Assembly: GCA_000434395.1 (NCBI GenBank)
Contig: FR878777.1
Coordinates: forward strand, 29,085 to 93,084
DNA length: 64,000 nucleotides
Source: Clostridium sp. CAG:568
GTDB lineage: Bacteria > Bacillota_I > Bacilli_A > RFN20 > CAG-288
Reading direction: 5' to 3'
The notes below the pieces were generated by a model that saw only the letters and a program-made list of their open reading frames with translations, did not search any database and was not told the origin of the DNA. Position numbers and translations under genes: made by a program. This document shows positions 29,579 through 39,313 of this stretch, piece by piece; within the stretch, counting starts at the first letter, position 1; each line of letters begins with the position of its first letter.

Positions 29579-31780
29579 CTAATGTATCACACGATTAACT
29601 TCTAATACATTCTTAATTCCTAATAAGTACTTGGTAGCTAATTCCAAATCCTTTTGGGAATTGACGGCAATGGTCAAGGATATTATGCATTTTTGCTGCT
29701 CAGGTTTCAATTTAGCGTTCAAATTCAATGCATTGACCTTGGATAAAGATAATGTATTCATAACATCGACCAACAAGCCAGGCCTATCTTGACAAATGAC
29801 AGCCAAATCGACGGGATGAGTAGTCCTAGGTGCAAAATCATTCCAAATAACTTTTACTAGTCTTTCCTCTTCATGCTTTATATTCGGGCAGTCAGTTCTA
29901 TGGACCTTGATTCCATTTCCTTTGGTGATATATCCAACGATATCATCTCCGGGAATTGGCCTACAGCAAGCTGCTAGTGTCATCATTGCTCTATCACCAT
30001 TTTCAAGCAAAACTACATCTTCAACCTTCTTACTGGCTATTTGATGCCTGTTGTTATTTGAGACAATTTCTTGTTCGAGAGTTTGAGCGTCTTTCTTCAA
30101 ACCGAGATAATCGACAATTTGCTGGGGAGTAATTTTCTTCCCCAACATTAGCAGGTAGAACGAATCTTCATCATCGCATCCAAAATGATTTATCAAATCC
30201 TTATTCACAATTTGATCGACATCTACATTCAACTTTCTTTCATGGAAGGAATCGATCAGCGATTGCTTTCCTTTAGAGATATTGTCTTTTCTCACAAAAT
30301 CTTCATTCATCTTCGTGAGATATTTTCTAATCCTAGTCCTTGCAAACGAAGACTTGCATTGGTTTAGCCAAGCTTGATTAGGATGTGCGTCTTTCGAAGT
30401 CAAGATTTCACAAATATCGCCAGTCTTAAGTTGTGTTCCTATAGGAACAAGGACTTTGTTTATTTTTGCTCCGGAAAGTGAATCACCAACTTGAGTATGA
30501 ATACGATAAGCAAAGTCGATAGGGGTCGATCCGGAGGGCAAGCAAATAACCTTTCCCATTGGAGTAAATACATATACATTGGCATCGAAGATATCATGTT
30601 GAAGCGTATGGACATACTCTTGAGCAGATTCATCCTTTGCATTTTCAGAAGTGATTGAAACGAAATCTCTAAACCAATGTAATTGATTCTCGATTTCCTC
30701 TTGTTCCCTTCTAGCATCGTAATTAGTGTTCTCTTTATAACGCCAATGAGCAGCAACACCCTCTTCTGCAGTTTCATCCATGTCTTTGGTTCTTATTTGA
30801 ACTTCGAATACAGAACCGTCATCATTCAATACAGTCGTATGCAAAGATTGATACAAGTTAGGCTTAGGCATGGCAATATAATCCTTGAACCTACCAGGTA
30901 TGGGTTTGAAATTTGCATGAATGTAACCGAGTATTTCATAACACTGATTCTCATTCTCTGTAATGATTCTCAAAGCCATCAAATCATAAATTTCGTTGAA
31001 ATCATGTTTCTTCTCAAACATCTTTTTATATATTGAATAAATTGATTTCACCCTCGCAGATATGGTATATGGAATATTTGTTTTAGACAAAATATCATCT
31101 AATCTATTTTTGAATCTTTGCGTGGCAGCTTCCATATCCTCGTGTTTGCTATTGAGCAAATCCTGGATATGTTTGTATTCATCAGGCTTCAAATAATACA
31201 ATGACATGTCTTCCAAGTCCAATTGGATCTTATATAAACCAAGTCTATGAGCAATAGGTGCATAGACATACATTGTTTCGTTTGAGATTCTAATTTGGCT
31301 AGCTCTAGGTTGGAAGTCCAAAGTGGACATATTGTGAAGACGATCGCACAACTTTATGATTATGACTCTGACATCCTTGGCCATGGCGACGAATATTTTC
31401 CTATGGTCTTCAGCCATAATATGCAAATCATGTCTATGAGTGACATCAGCAATCTTTGTCAATGCCTCAACTAGACTTGCAACAGTCGGACCAAACCTAG
31501 TCGACAACTCACTGTTTTTAGTCCCAGTATCTTCTTGAGTATCGTGTAATAAACCAGCTGCAATCGTTTCAGGTCCAGCATGAAGTTTTGCCAAAAAATA
31601 AGCCACTGCTATCGGGTGGACTATGTATGGGTCTCCGCTTTTTCTTACTTGGCCTTTATGTTTATTGTCAGCAAACGCATAGGCATCTTCAATTAGCTTT
31701 CTATCCTTGGGTATGGTGATATAGGATTCGTAAGCCTCTTTCAAATCATCGAATGAATAGACTTTGTTCTTTTCAATCAT
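29579..31780 (-). CDS. relA: Bifunctional (p)ppGpp synthetase/hydrolase RelA/SpoT homolog
   Basis: It is 733 aa with an HD hydrolase domain (HPIAVAYFLAKLH...LLHDTQEDT), a synthetase domain (DLMALRII), and TGS and ACT domains. Confidence 0.85.
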   Translation of the reverse strand: MIEKNKVYSFDDLKEAYESYITIPKDRKLIEDAYAFADNKHKGQVRKSGDPYIVHPIAVAYFLAKLHAGPETIAAGLLHDTQEDTGTKNSELSTRFGPTVASLVEALTKIADVTHRHDLHIMAEDHRKIFVAMAKDVRVIIIKLCDRLHNMSTLDFQPRASQIRISNETMYVYAPIAHRLGLYKIQLDLEDMSLYYLKPDEYKHIQDLLNSKHEDMEAATQRFKNRLDDILSKTNIPYTISARVKSIYSIYKKMFEKKHDFNEIYDLMALRIITENENQCYEILGYIHANFKPIPGRFKDYIAMPKPNLYQSLHTTVLNDDGSVFEVQIRTKDMDETAEEGVAAHWRYKENTNYDARREQEEIENQLHWFRDFVSITSENAKDESAQEYVHTLQHDIFDANVYVFTPMGKVICLPSGSTPIDFAYRIHTQVGDSLSGAKINKVLVPIGTQLKTGDICEILTSKDAHPNQAWLNQCKSSFARTRIRKYLTKMNEDFVRKDNISKGKQSLIDSFHERKLNVDVDQIVNKDLINHFGCDDEDSFYLLMLGKKITPQQIVDYLGLKKDAQTLEQEIVSNNNRHQIASKKVEDVVLLENGDRAMMTLAACCRPIPGDDIVGYITKGNGIKVHRTDCPNIKHEEERLVKVIWNDFAPRTTHPVDLAVICQDRPGLLVDVMNTLSLSKVNALNLNAKLKPEQQKCIISLTIAVNSQKDLELATKYLLGIKNVLEVNRVIH

Positions 31781-32295
31781 CTGGGATATTTGATGATGCT
31801 TTCAAAGGGCACATCCTTGAAATCATCTTGACCATGGAAGTCGGTGAGTTCTATCAATGTCTCAACCAAAACAGGAGTTGCTTTCAATTCTCTGACTAAT
31901 TTGACTAAAGCAGAGGCAGTACCACCTGTAGCCATCAAATCATCGACAATCAAGACTCTGTCGCCTTCCTTAATTAGACCTTTTTCGATGAATAATTCAT
32001 CACAACCATACTCTAGTCCATAGCTAACAGAAACCAAATCACCAGGTAATTTACCTTTCTTTCTAGCCATTACAAAACCAATACCAAGTCTATAAGCGAT
32101 AGCAGGTCCGAAGAGAAAACCTCTAGCTTCAGGTCCAAGAACAATACTCGGATGGAAATTTCCAGCAATTTCAGACATTTTGTCCAATGTATATTTCAAA
32201 TAACGTCCATCAGCAAACAAAGGAGAGACATCCTTGAAAGAAATGCCTTCTTTTGGAAAACCATCAGTGATTCCTATCTTATCTTTTAGTTCCAT
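31777..32295 (-). CDS. apt: Adenine phosphoribosyltransferase
   Basis: It has the PRTase motif VLIVDDLMATGGTA. The internal ATG at 32295 has GGAGGG 5 nt upstream and gives the canonical 172-aa length, so it is preferred over the track start. Confidence 0.85.
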   Translation of the reverse strand: MELKDKIGITDGFPKEGISFKDVSPLFADGRYLKYTLDKMSEIAGNFHPSIVLGPEARGFLFGPAIAYRLGIGFVMARKKGKLPGDLVSVSYGLEYGCDELFIEKGLIKEGDRVLIVDDLMATGGTASALVKLVRELKATPVLVETLIELTDFHGQDDFKDVPFESIIKYPR

Positions 32296-32408
32296 TTTTC
32301 CCTCCAAAAAAGCTAAATAATTATACTTTAAATTAATCATTTTTTAAACTATTCTTGTGCTGTTATCGTTTTCTTTTTGAGTTTATAATATGGTCAGAGG
32401 GAAAATTC

Positions 32409-33287
32409 ATGAAAGTAACAATTTTAGGAGATTTAGGGCCTTGTTTCGGAGTTGAAAGAGCCATCGATGAAGCCATAGATATTCATCGATCTTTCCCATA
32501 CTCAAAAATTTATTTTCCCCACCCTATGGTTCATAACCAAAGAACCAATGATTTGGTAAAAGAAAAAACAGGATCTGAGATTCTTACTTCCTTCGCTTCG
32601 ACTGACATCAATAATTTGCCGGATGAATCCATCATTATGTTTTCAGCCCACGGGCACCCCTTTGAGCAAGAATCATTGCTAAAGGAAAAGGGCATTAAAT
32701 ATTTCGATAGCTTCTGCCCGTTATTAAAGGCAAAATACTCATCGATTAATAAAGCAAAGCAAAACAGTGAAGCTATACTTTACTATGTCGGAAAGGATGG
32801 ACATCAAGAAACTGTTGCTACAATGGCAAATCATCCTTACTTAAATTTTATATCTATAAAAGATGAAATTGATTCTCTGGAATTTAACCAAGTAACTGAT
32901 AAACAAGTCTATGTTTTTAGACAGTCAACTTTAATTCTTTATCCTTTCGATAAATTAATCCAACGCATAAACACTTTCCATCCGAACAACGTAATTTTAG
33001 AAAAGCCCTGTCCATTTTTATCGAGAAGATATGATTGCATTAGTAGGATTGATCAATCAGAAAATTTAGCTTTTATCATAGTTGGAGATAAAACATCATC
33101 AAACGCCAATGAACTCTTGAAAAGATGCAAAGAAACACATCCAAATTCAACCAGTCTTTTAGTAGAATCAAAGGAAGATATAGATATTTCATTATTAAAA
33201 GACATAAAAAGAGCAATTCTAATAAGTTCCACTTCAGCATTGAAAGAAGATGCCTTAGGAATAAAAGAACTGTTGGAATCTTTGTGA
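32409..33287 (+). CDS. ispH: 4-hydroxy-3-methylbut-2-enyl diphosphate reductase (IspH/LytB)
   Basis: It has the GPCFGVERAI motif (first Cys ligand) and the LytB fold. AGAGGGAAA precedes the ATG at 32409, which is therefore the likely start. Confidence 0.75.
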   Translation: MKVTILGDLGPCFGVERAIDEAIDIHRSFPYSKIYFPHPMVHNQRTNDLVKEKTGSEILTSFASTDINNLPDESIIMFSAHGHPFEQESLLKEKGIKYFDSFCPLLKAKYSSINKAKQNSEAILYYVGKDGHQETVATMANHPYLNFISIKDEIDSLEFNQVTDKQVYVFRQSTLILYPFDKLIQRINTFHPNNVILEKPCPFLSRRYDCISRIDQSENLAFIIVGDKTSSNANELLKRCKETHPNSTSLLVESKEDIDISLLKDIKRAILISSTSALKEDALGIKELLESL

Positions 33288-33298
33288 TTTGAATTATT

Positions 33299-34054
33299 TT
33301 AATTCAGCAATAAATCGTTATTAGCTAGGATTATAGATTTAACTTTTTCTTTGGCTTTAACAGCTGTTCTAAACACTTTAGCAGGTGATATTTTTAAAAC
33401 ATTTGATAATTTCGATACGGTCATTTTGTCGTAATTGAACAAAGCATAAAGATGAAGGAGAATGAAACTTTCATCCTGAGTCAATAATAAAATTGCAGAG
33501 ATTAATTTTTCTCTTTTTATTAAAATTGATAGAAATTCATCATCGCAACCCTTGTAATCAGTCGTTTCTATAATTGAGTGACCATTAAAATAAGAATAAA
33601 TTCTTTCGATAGATTCATAGTAACACAATGAATCACGATGCATTTTGAATGCTTTGCTTGAAGAAGCATAAGCAGTTTTGCAAATTCGACTTCTCACGAG
33701 ATATTCAGCATAAGTTTTAAACCTTGAGACAGGATTAGGAATGTAATACTTAGCGGCTATTATCACCCCTTCATATCCAGTAAGAATAAAATCTTCAATC
33801 TTTATACAACTGTATTTATCTTTCTTAATCATTTCGAAAGATACATATTTCGAAATATCCTTTGCTAATTCTAAGAGACTTTGTTTATACAACAAAATAT
33901 CTTCTTCAATCTTTGAATTGTTATTTTTCTTAACACCTTTAGCTAACGTAATCATCTCATCGACAAGCCACTCTTGGCGGTGGATCGCCATGAAACCAAA
34001 AGCCATAGATATTCTCCTTATAGATTCCAATAAATCTATTAAGTGTATTTTCAC
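33299..34054 (-). CDS. Divergent sigma-70-family protein (region 2-like and region 4-like segments)
   Basis: EGVIIAAKYYIPNPVSRFKTYAEYLVRSRI resembles sigma region 2.1-2.2 (FSTYA motif). LLTQDESFILLHLYALFNYDKMTVSKLSNVLKISPAKVFRTAVKAKEKVK resembles the region 4 HTH. Confidence 0.5.
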   Translation of the reverse strand: MKIHLIDLLESIRRISMAFGFMAIHRQEWLVDEMITLAKGVKKNNNSKIEEDILLYKQSLLELAKDISKYVSFEMIKKDKYSCIKIEDFILTGYEGVIIAAKYYIPNPVSRFKTYAEYLVRSRICKTAYASSSKAFKMHRDSLCYYESIERIYSYFNGHSIIETTDYKGCDDEFLSILIKREKLISAILLLTQDESFILLHLYALFNYDKMTVSKLSNVLKISPAKVFRTAVKAKEKVKSIILANNDLLLN

Positions 34055-34123
34055 TCTATTTCGATTTTATTCTATAGACTTGAAAATTTAATGTTGGTTT
34101 TAATTTATTTATAAGAAAAATTA

Positions 34124-34149
34124 AGAAAAAATCCTGACTTTCATCAGGA
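34124..34149 (-). terminator. Intrinsic terminator downstream of trmK
   Basis: On the minus strand AAUCCUGAUGAAAGUCAGGAUU is followed by UUUUUUC. Confidence 0.45.
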
Positions 34150-34159
34150 TTTTCTAACA

Positions 34160-34831
34160 TCAATATTGCTTAAGTGCCTTACGGCAAAGTTCAAGTTCGA
34201 CTTTGGACTTGGGATTTAATTGACCATTTTCTTCTACTTTAGATAGGAGATTTTTGGTCCTATTCAAGTAATCAAATAAAATTTTATCTTTGTTTTTTAA
34301 TGAAATTCTACCAAATTCTAATTCATAGTCTTCATAGGGATTTTCTTCAGCACCTTTTATAGCGACAATCAAAGGATAGGCCTTGCCCCTTTCGAGCAAG
34401 TATTCTTCGTGAACGATTTTGAATCCACGCTCCATCAATGAATCTCTAACTAAAAATGCTTCACTTTGAGGTTCGACTATAATTTTATTTATATTAACCA
34501 AATCTTTAGGCTTTCTACACAATATATCTTTTATGGTTCGACCACCCATCCCAGCTATTATAAGTGTATTTACATCTTCTCTTAATCCTTCCAGACCGTC
34601 AGTCTGATAGCATTCCACAAGATTTTGAAGATTGTTTTCTTCGACGTTATCTATCAGTTTGTAGAAAGGACCCTTACCATATTCAGTAGCATAACCTTTA
34701 TGGTTATATTTTTGGGCTAAATACATGGATAAATAGCCGTGGTCTGCTCCAATATCTGCAACTATATCCCCTTCTTCAACAAAAGAAGCAATTTTGGAAA
34801 GTCTATTTGAAAGACTTATTTTATTCGACAT
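34160..34831 (-). CDS. trmK: tRNA (adenine22-N1)-methyltransferase TrmK (YqfN-like)
   Basis: It has a SAM-binding motif ([12 protein letters not shown]) and lies downstream of rpoD as in B. subtilis sigA-yqfN. Confidence 0.7.
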   Translation of the reverse strand: MSNKISLSNRLSKIASFVEEGDIVADIGADHGYLSMYLAQKYNHKGYATEYGKGPFYKLIDNVEENNLQNLVECYQTDGLEGLREDVNTLIIAGMGGRTIKDILCRKPKDLVNINKIIVEPQSEAFLVRDSLMERGFKIVHEEYLLERGKAYPLIVAIKGAEENPYEDYELEFGRISLKNKDKILFDYLNRTKNLLSKVEENGQLNPKSKVELELCRKALKQY

Positions 34832-36461
34832 TTCTAAAGTCCTTCAAAGCATTAGAACGTTTGGGTTGTCTCAATTTTTTGATAGCTTTTGCTTCTATTT
34901 GACGAATACGTTCTCTAGTTACATTAAATTCTTTACCGACTTCTTCAAGAGTATGGGTCTTTCCATCTTCGCCCAATCCATAACGAAGCATAATAACTCT
35001 TCTTTCTCTGTCAGAGAGATCATTCAATACTTCATTCAACTTTTGCTTGAGCATATCATGTTCTGCGTACTGCTCTGGTGTTACGTTGTCTCTATCCTCA
35101 ATAAAGTCACCGACATGAGAATCTTCTTCTTCGCCAACAGGTTTCTCTAATGAAAGAGGATCAAGTGCAATTTGCTTGATTTCTCTAATTCTTTCAGGTG
35201 TATACAAACCGTTGAGTTCATCCGAAATTTCTTCATCAGTAGGATCTCTGTTAAGCTTCTGTACAAGGCTTCTTTGAGCTTTTGTAATTTTATTAATGGT
35301 TTCGACCATATGAACAGGAATTCTTATAGTTCTGGCTTGGTCTGCCAAGGCACGAGTGATGGCTTGTCTAATCCACCATGTAGCATAAGTTGAGAACTTA
35401 AATCCACGGGTATAGTCAAACTTATCTACAGCTTTCATCAAACCAACATTACCTTCTTGAATCAAATCGAGGAAATCCATACCACGTTTGATGTAATGCT
35501 TTGCAATAGAAACAACAAGCTTCAAATTGCAATTTGTCAATTCATCCTTAGCATCTTGTCCGTCCTCGCCACCTTCTTTGATTCTTTTTGCTAATTCTTG
35601 CTCTTGTTCCTTAGAAGTCAAAACAGGATAACGTCCAATCTCTCTCAAGTATTGTTTTACAGAATCGTTAATTTTAACATCAATAGCAGGATTGTAATCG
35701 CTGACTGTAGATTGATAAGTAACATCTTGTTCGGCGTCGCCTTCAGCTTCCTCATCCAAATTATCCCCATCTTCATCTAAATCTTCGATATCATCATCAT
35801 CGATATCATCATCATCCTCATCACCGGTATAAAGTGTTCCATCATCGTTTCTGACTTCAATAGGATTATCAGGATTGTTCAAAAGCCAATCGAAGAAATC
35901 GTCATTTTCATCATCGCTCAATTCAAAATGATTTAAAAGATTTTCAACTTTAGAAATCTTAATGTAACCTTCTGCATTAACAATATCAAGAATTTCCTTC
36001 TTGACATCATCCAATGTCAATAATTGCTTACCACTTTTAATCAAATCGGAAACAGTCTTTTTGCTTCCTTTTCCTTTGGGTTTTGAAGATTTTTTCTCAA
36101 CATCATCAAGATCTAAAATATCATCGGAATCTGTATCTTTCTCATCTTCAATCTTCTCTTCATCGATGCCCTTTTTTTCTTCATTTGCATCCTCGACAGG
36201 TGTTGGTTTATGTTCTTTGCTTTTTGAAGAAGATGACTTAGTTGCCTTCTTAGATTTATTTGCTTTTTTTGTCTCTTTAACTTTAGTCTCTGCTTCTTTT
36301 TCAGTAGTAGTCTTTTCTTCCTTCACGGTTTCTTTCTTTGCATTTGCACTAGTTTTTTTTGCTGAAGAAGCTTTTTTTGATTTCACTGCTTTCTCTTCAT
36401 TATTAACTACTTTTTCAATGCTTTCTTTTTTAGTATCCTTTTTTGTTGTTTTTTCACTCAT
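34821..36461 (-). CDS. rpoD: Primary sigma factor RpoD/SigA with a lysine-rich N-terminal extension of about 170 aa
   Basis: The C-terminal 300 aa are canonical ([48 protein letters not shown]; region 4 [30 protein letters not shown]). The N-terminus is K/E/T/S-rich. Confidence 0.85.
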   Translation of the reverse strand: MSEKTTKKDTKKESIEKVVNNEEKAVKSKKASSAKKTSANAKKETVKEEKTTTEKEAETKVKETKKANKSKKATKSSSSKSKEHKPTPVEDANEEKKGIDEEKIEDEKDTDSDDILDLDDVEKKSSKPKGKGSKKTVSDLIKSGKQLLTLDDVKKEILDIVNAEGYIKISKVENLLNHFELSDDENDDFFDWLLNNPDNPIEVRNDDGTLYTGDEDDDDIDDDDIEDLDEDGDNLDEEAEGDAEQDVTYQSTVSDYNPAIDVKINDSVKQYLREIGRYPVLTSKEQEQELAKRIKEGGEDGQDAKDELTNCNLKLVVSIAKHYIKRGMDFLDLIQEGNVGLMKAVDKFDYTRGFKFSTYATWWIRQAITRALADQARTIRIPVHMVETINKITKAQRSLVQKLNRDPTDEEISDELNGLYTPERIREIKQIALDPLSLEKPVGEEEDSHVGDFIEDRDNVTPEQYAEHDMLKQKLNEVLNDLSDRERRVIMLRYGLGEDGKTHTLEEVGKEFNVTRERIRQIEAKAIKKLRQPKRSNALKDFRNVE

Positions 36462-36491
36462 ATTTATTTACCTCCACTACTTACATTCTTA

Positions 36492-36513
36492 TTTTGTGTT
36501 TGAAAACACAAAA
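36492..36513. promoter_or_regulatory. Near-perfect 22-bp palindrome in the rpoD leader/promoter region
   Basis: The sequence TTTTGTGTTTGAAAACACAAAA has 10-bp arms. It lies between the sigma-like gene stop and the rpoD SD (GGAGGT). No U-tract follows on either strand, so it is an operator-like site rather than a terminator. Confidence 0.3.
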
Positions 36514-36536
36514 GTAAAAAATTATTTTTAGAATTC

Positions 36537-37340
36537 TTAATTATTCATCATTAAATTCTTCAATTTGACTAGAATTTGGCTTAACCTGGCATAGATTGAT
36601 TGTTTAGTCATCTGCTTTTTTACTAGATTCTTTTCCACCAACAGGGAAGCTATTTCATCATAAGTCATTTCTTTACCTTCAAATTCACTTCCTAATCCAA
36701 AATAGGCCTTAACGATAAGTTGATCGGCTTCATCCAATTCATTAATCGCTTTATTCAAAGATTCTATTTCTATATTGTTTATAGCACTTTTCTCAGGATC
36801 ATCTTTTTCATAGCTATATTCATTTAAATCAGATTCATCAGAAAATAAATTACTTTCATCCAAAGATGTTACAGTAGTTTCCATAAGCCTAGCTTTATGT
36901 ACGATAGAAGGAGTCATTTTTCCTCCTATTTCATTTGCTATCTCTTCGTTTGAAGGTTGTCTATTCAATTGACTTAAAAGTCTTTTTTCTACAGCCTTAA
37001 TCTGTTTTATTTTCTTCTCATTTCCTCTTGTAGTAGTGCTAAAAGAACTAGGTACATTATTGATTTCGTTATCGATCAAATAAGTTGCATATGTAGAAAA
37101 ACTTTGATTGGAAAATCTATCGTAGTCATATCTATTTATAGCTTTCCATAAGCCAATCAAACCAGAAATATAATAACAATCATAATCGTCTTTAGTTAAA
37201 TAATTTCCCTTCAATTTAGTTATTCTAGATTTAACTAATGGTATGTTATTCTTGATCAATTCATCGCGAATAGATTTATCGCCAGTTTCTTTATATTCTT
37301 TAATCCTTTTCACTTGATAATCTTTGATATTATTATCCAT
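36537..37340 (-). CDS. Divergent sigma-70-family paralog (regions 2-4) between dnaG and rpoD
   Basis: YDYDRFSNQSFSTYATYLIDNEI resembles region 2.2-2.4. VTSLDESN...QLIVKAYFGLGSEFEGKEMTYDEIASLL resembles regions 3/4.1. The 4.2 HTH is degenerate (KQSIYARLSQILVKLK). Confidence 0.55.
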   Translation of the reverse strand: MDNNIKDYQVKRIKEYKETGDKSIRDELIKNNIPLVKSRITKLKGNYLTKDDYDCYYISGLIGLWKAINRYDYDRFSNQSFSTYATYLIDNEINNVPSSFSTTTRGNEKKIKQIKAVEKRLLSQLNRQPSNEEIANEIGGKMTPSIVHKARLMETTVTSLDESNLFSDESDLNEYSYEKDDPEKSAINNIEIESLNKAINELDEADQLIVKAYFGLGSEFEGKEMTYDEIASLLVEKNLVKKQMTKQSIYARLSQILVKLKNLMMNN

Positions 37341-37353
37341 ATTAAGAAACCCC

Positions 37354-39285
37354 TTATTTAGAATTAGACTTCTTTTTTACTCCACTTATAACTAATTTCT
37401 TTCTCTTATAATCAGCTAAGGCATCCAAATCATTTCCAATTTTCTTAGACATGTTCTCATCATCAACATAATTTCTATGATTCTCAAGCAGTTCTTTAAA
37501 AGAGTCATTTCTATAATCATCTGAAGTCATCAAGTTCAAAAAATCAAAAGCTCTTTCTACCTCATCTTTGGTCAATATACTCTGAACACCTTCTTCATTC
37601 AATTGATCTAAATGAAATTCTAAATCAGTTTTAGCTTTATCTAATTCAGCACCATCAAGTCCTAAATTTGATGTGTCTACTCTATAATGATATTGGCTTA
37701 AAATATAATTAGAAATTAATCTATAAACTTTGTTATAAAACCAGAAATTGCTTCCTTCTAATTGCTTTGCAGCATCGTAAGATAATGGCAATCTAGCAAG
37801 AATTTGTGCTTCTGTATACATCGTTTTATCACTCAATGTTCCACCAAACTCACGTTGCTTTTTAATTCCTAGCAATTTCAAATTTATTTGTCCGTTAAAC
37901 TTGTCTGATTCGGAAGTATATAAAATCGGAGAAGAAAGATTATTTGTTTCAGCCACTTCCTCAAAAGGCAATCTATTATCTCTCACTAATCTTTCATGAA
38001 ACGATGAAACTGAAAGACCAGTACAGCTAGAAAGAAATTGCTCTAACAATCCTCTTTCTGTGATGGATAAATAAGAGTAATTGGATGATAATCTACTAAC
38101 GACTGTATCGAGATTTTTTATATAATCACCTTTATTTTTATCTAAGCATAAAACAGCATAAGTTATAGGGTCCAACAAATCATTCATCTTGGAAACCATA
38201 ATCTCAGATCCGTATTTATCTAAGACTTCATCAGCATCTTTTCCATCCTTTTCAAGATTAAAAGGGCGTGTGATTTTAAATTTTATTCCAGAGCTAGTAA
38301 ATGCCGTCAACCATTTCTTAGTTGCGTTTTGACCAGGTCCATCGCTATCTAAAGATAGCCTTACTTCAACATTTAATTTTTTCAATATTTGAAGATGGGT
38401 GGAAGAAACATTTGTTCCCATCAAAGCGACGGCAGAATTAATTCCTGCTCTATAAAGAGCGATAACATCCATGAAGCCTTCAGTGACGTAAATATATCCA
38501 TCTCTTTTGGCTGTTTGAATAGCATTATCCAAATTATATAAAAGAGTAGATTTCTTGAATAAATCAGTTTCAGGCGAGTTTATATATTTTGATGTAGACG
38601 GATCGTCTGGCAAGTATTTTCTCCCTGAGAATCCAACCGCATGACCATCACTATCCTTTAAAGGAAACATAATCCTTTCTGAATAGCGGTCCTTTAAAGT
38701 CTCTGAATTAGATGAAAGAATACCGGCTTTTTCTAAGACATCAATACTATATCCTTTTTTCTCTCTAAGAGTACGGATTGCTAAAGTGTTGTCTTTAGGA
38801 GCATATCCAATTCCAAAATGTTCCAACACACTGTCATCCATCTTTCTGTTTTTTAAGTATTCAAAAGCCTTAACACCAGCTTGAGTTCTTAATTCCATAC
38901 GATAAAAGCTAGCTAAATCATCCAAGGCTTTGCTTTCAGGTGGAAGACTTTTTCTTTCGACTTCCACCAAAGAAGTTAACGAATTCTTAGGAAGAATAAT
39001 TCCATTTATTTCAGCTGTTCTTTTTATCGCTTCTTCCAAAGATATAGAACGACTCAACCCAATATATTTTTGAACAAATCCAATAGGATTACCGCCAGCG
39101 CCACAAACGAAGCACTTAAAAATATTCAATGTAGGATTAACAGACATTGAAGGGTGCGTGTCATTGTGGAAAGGGCAAACTGCAACAATTGAGTTTCCTT
39201 TCTTTTGAACGTCAATAAAGCTAGAAACAGTCTTAACGATACTAGACTTCTGCTTTACTAAGTCGTAGAGGTCTTTATTATTCAT
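37354..39285 (-). CDS. dnaG: DNA primase
   Basis: There is a zinc-binding domain (CPFHNDTHPSMSV...CFVCGAGG) and a Toprim core (EGFMDVIAL). Its position upstream of rpoD matches the dnaG-sigA operon. Confidence 0.85.
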   Translation of the reverse strand: MNNKDLYDLVKQKSSIVKTVSSFIDVQKKGNSIVAVCPFHNDTHPSMSVNPTLNIFKCFVCGAGGNPIGFVQKYIGLSRSISLEEAIKRTAEINGIILPKNSLTSLVEVERKSLPPESKALDDLASFYRMELRTQAGVKAFEYLKNRKMDDSVLEHFGIGYAPKDNTLAIRTLREKKGYSIDVLEKAGILSSNSETLKDRYSERIMFPLKDSDGHAVGFSGRKYLPDDPSTSKYINSPETDLFKKSTLLYNLDNAIQTAKRDGYIYVTEGFMDVIALYRAGINSAVALMGTNVSSTHLQILKKLNVEVRLSLDSDGPGQNATKKWLTAFTSSGIKFKITRPFNLEKDGKDADEVLDKYGSEIMVSKMNDLLDPITYAVLCLDKNKGDYIKNLDTVVSRLSSNYSYLSITERGLLEQFLSSCTGLSVSSFHERLVRDNRLPFEEVAETNNLSSPILYTSESDKFNGQINLKLLGIKKQREFGGTLSDKTMYTEAQILARLPLSYDAAKQLEGSNFWFYNKVYRLISNYILSQYHYRVDTSNLGLDGAELDKAKTDLEFHLDQLNEEGVQSILTKDEVERAFDFLNLMTSDDYRNDSFKELLENHRNYVDDENMSKKIGNDLDALADYKRKKLVISGVKKKSNSK

Positions 39286-39313
39286 TTGGCTCCTTTCTAG
39301 ACTTCAAAAAATA

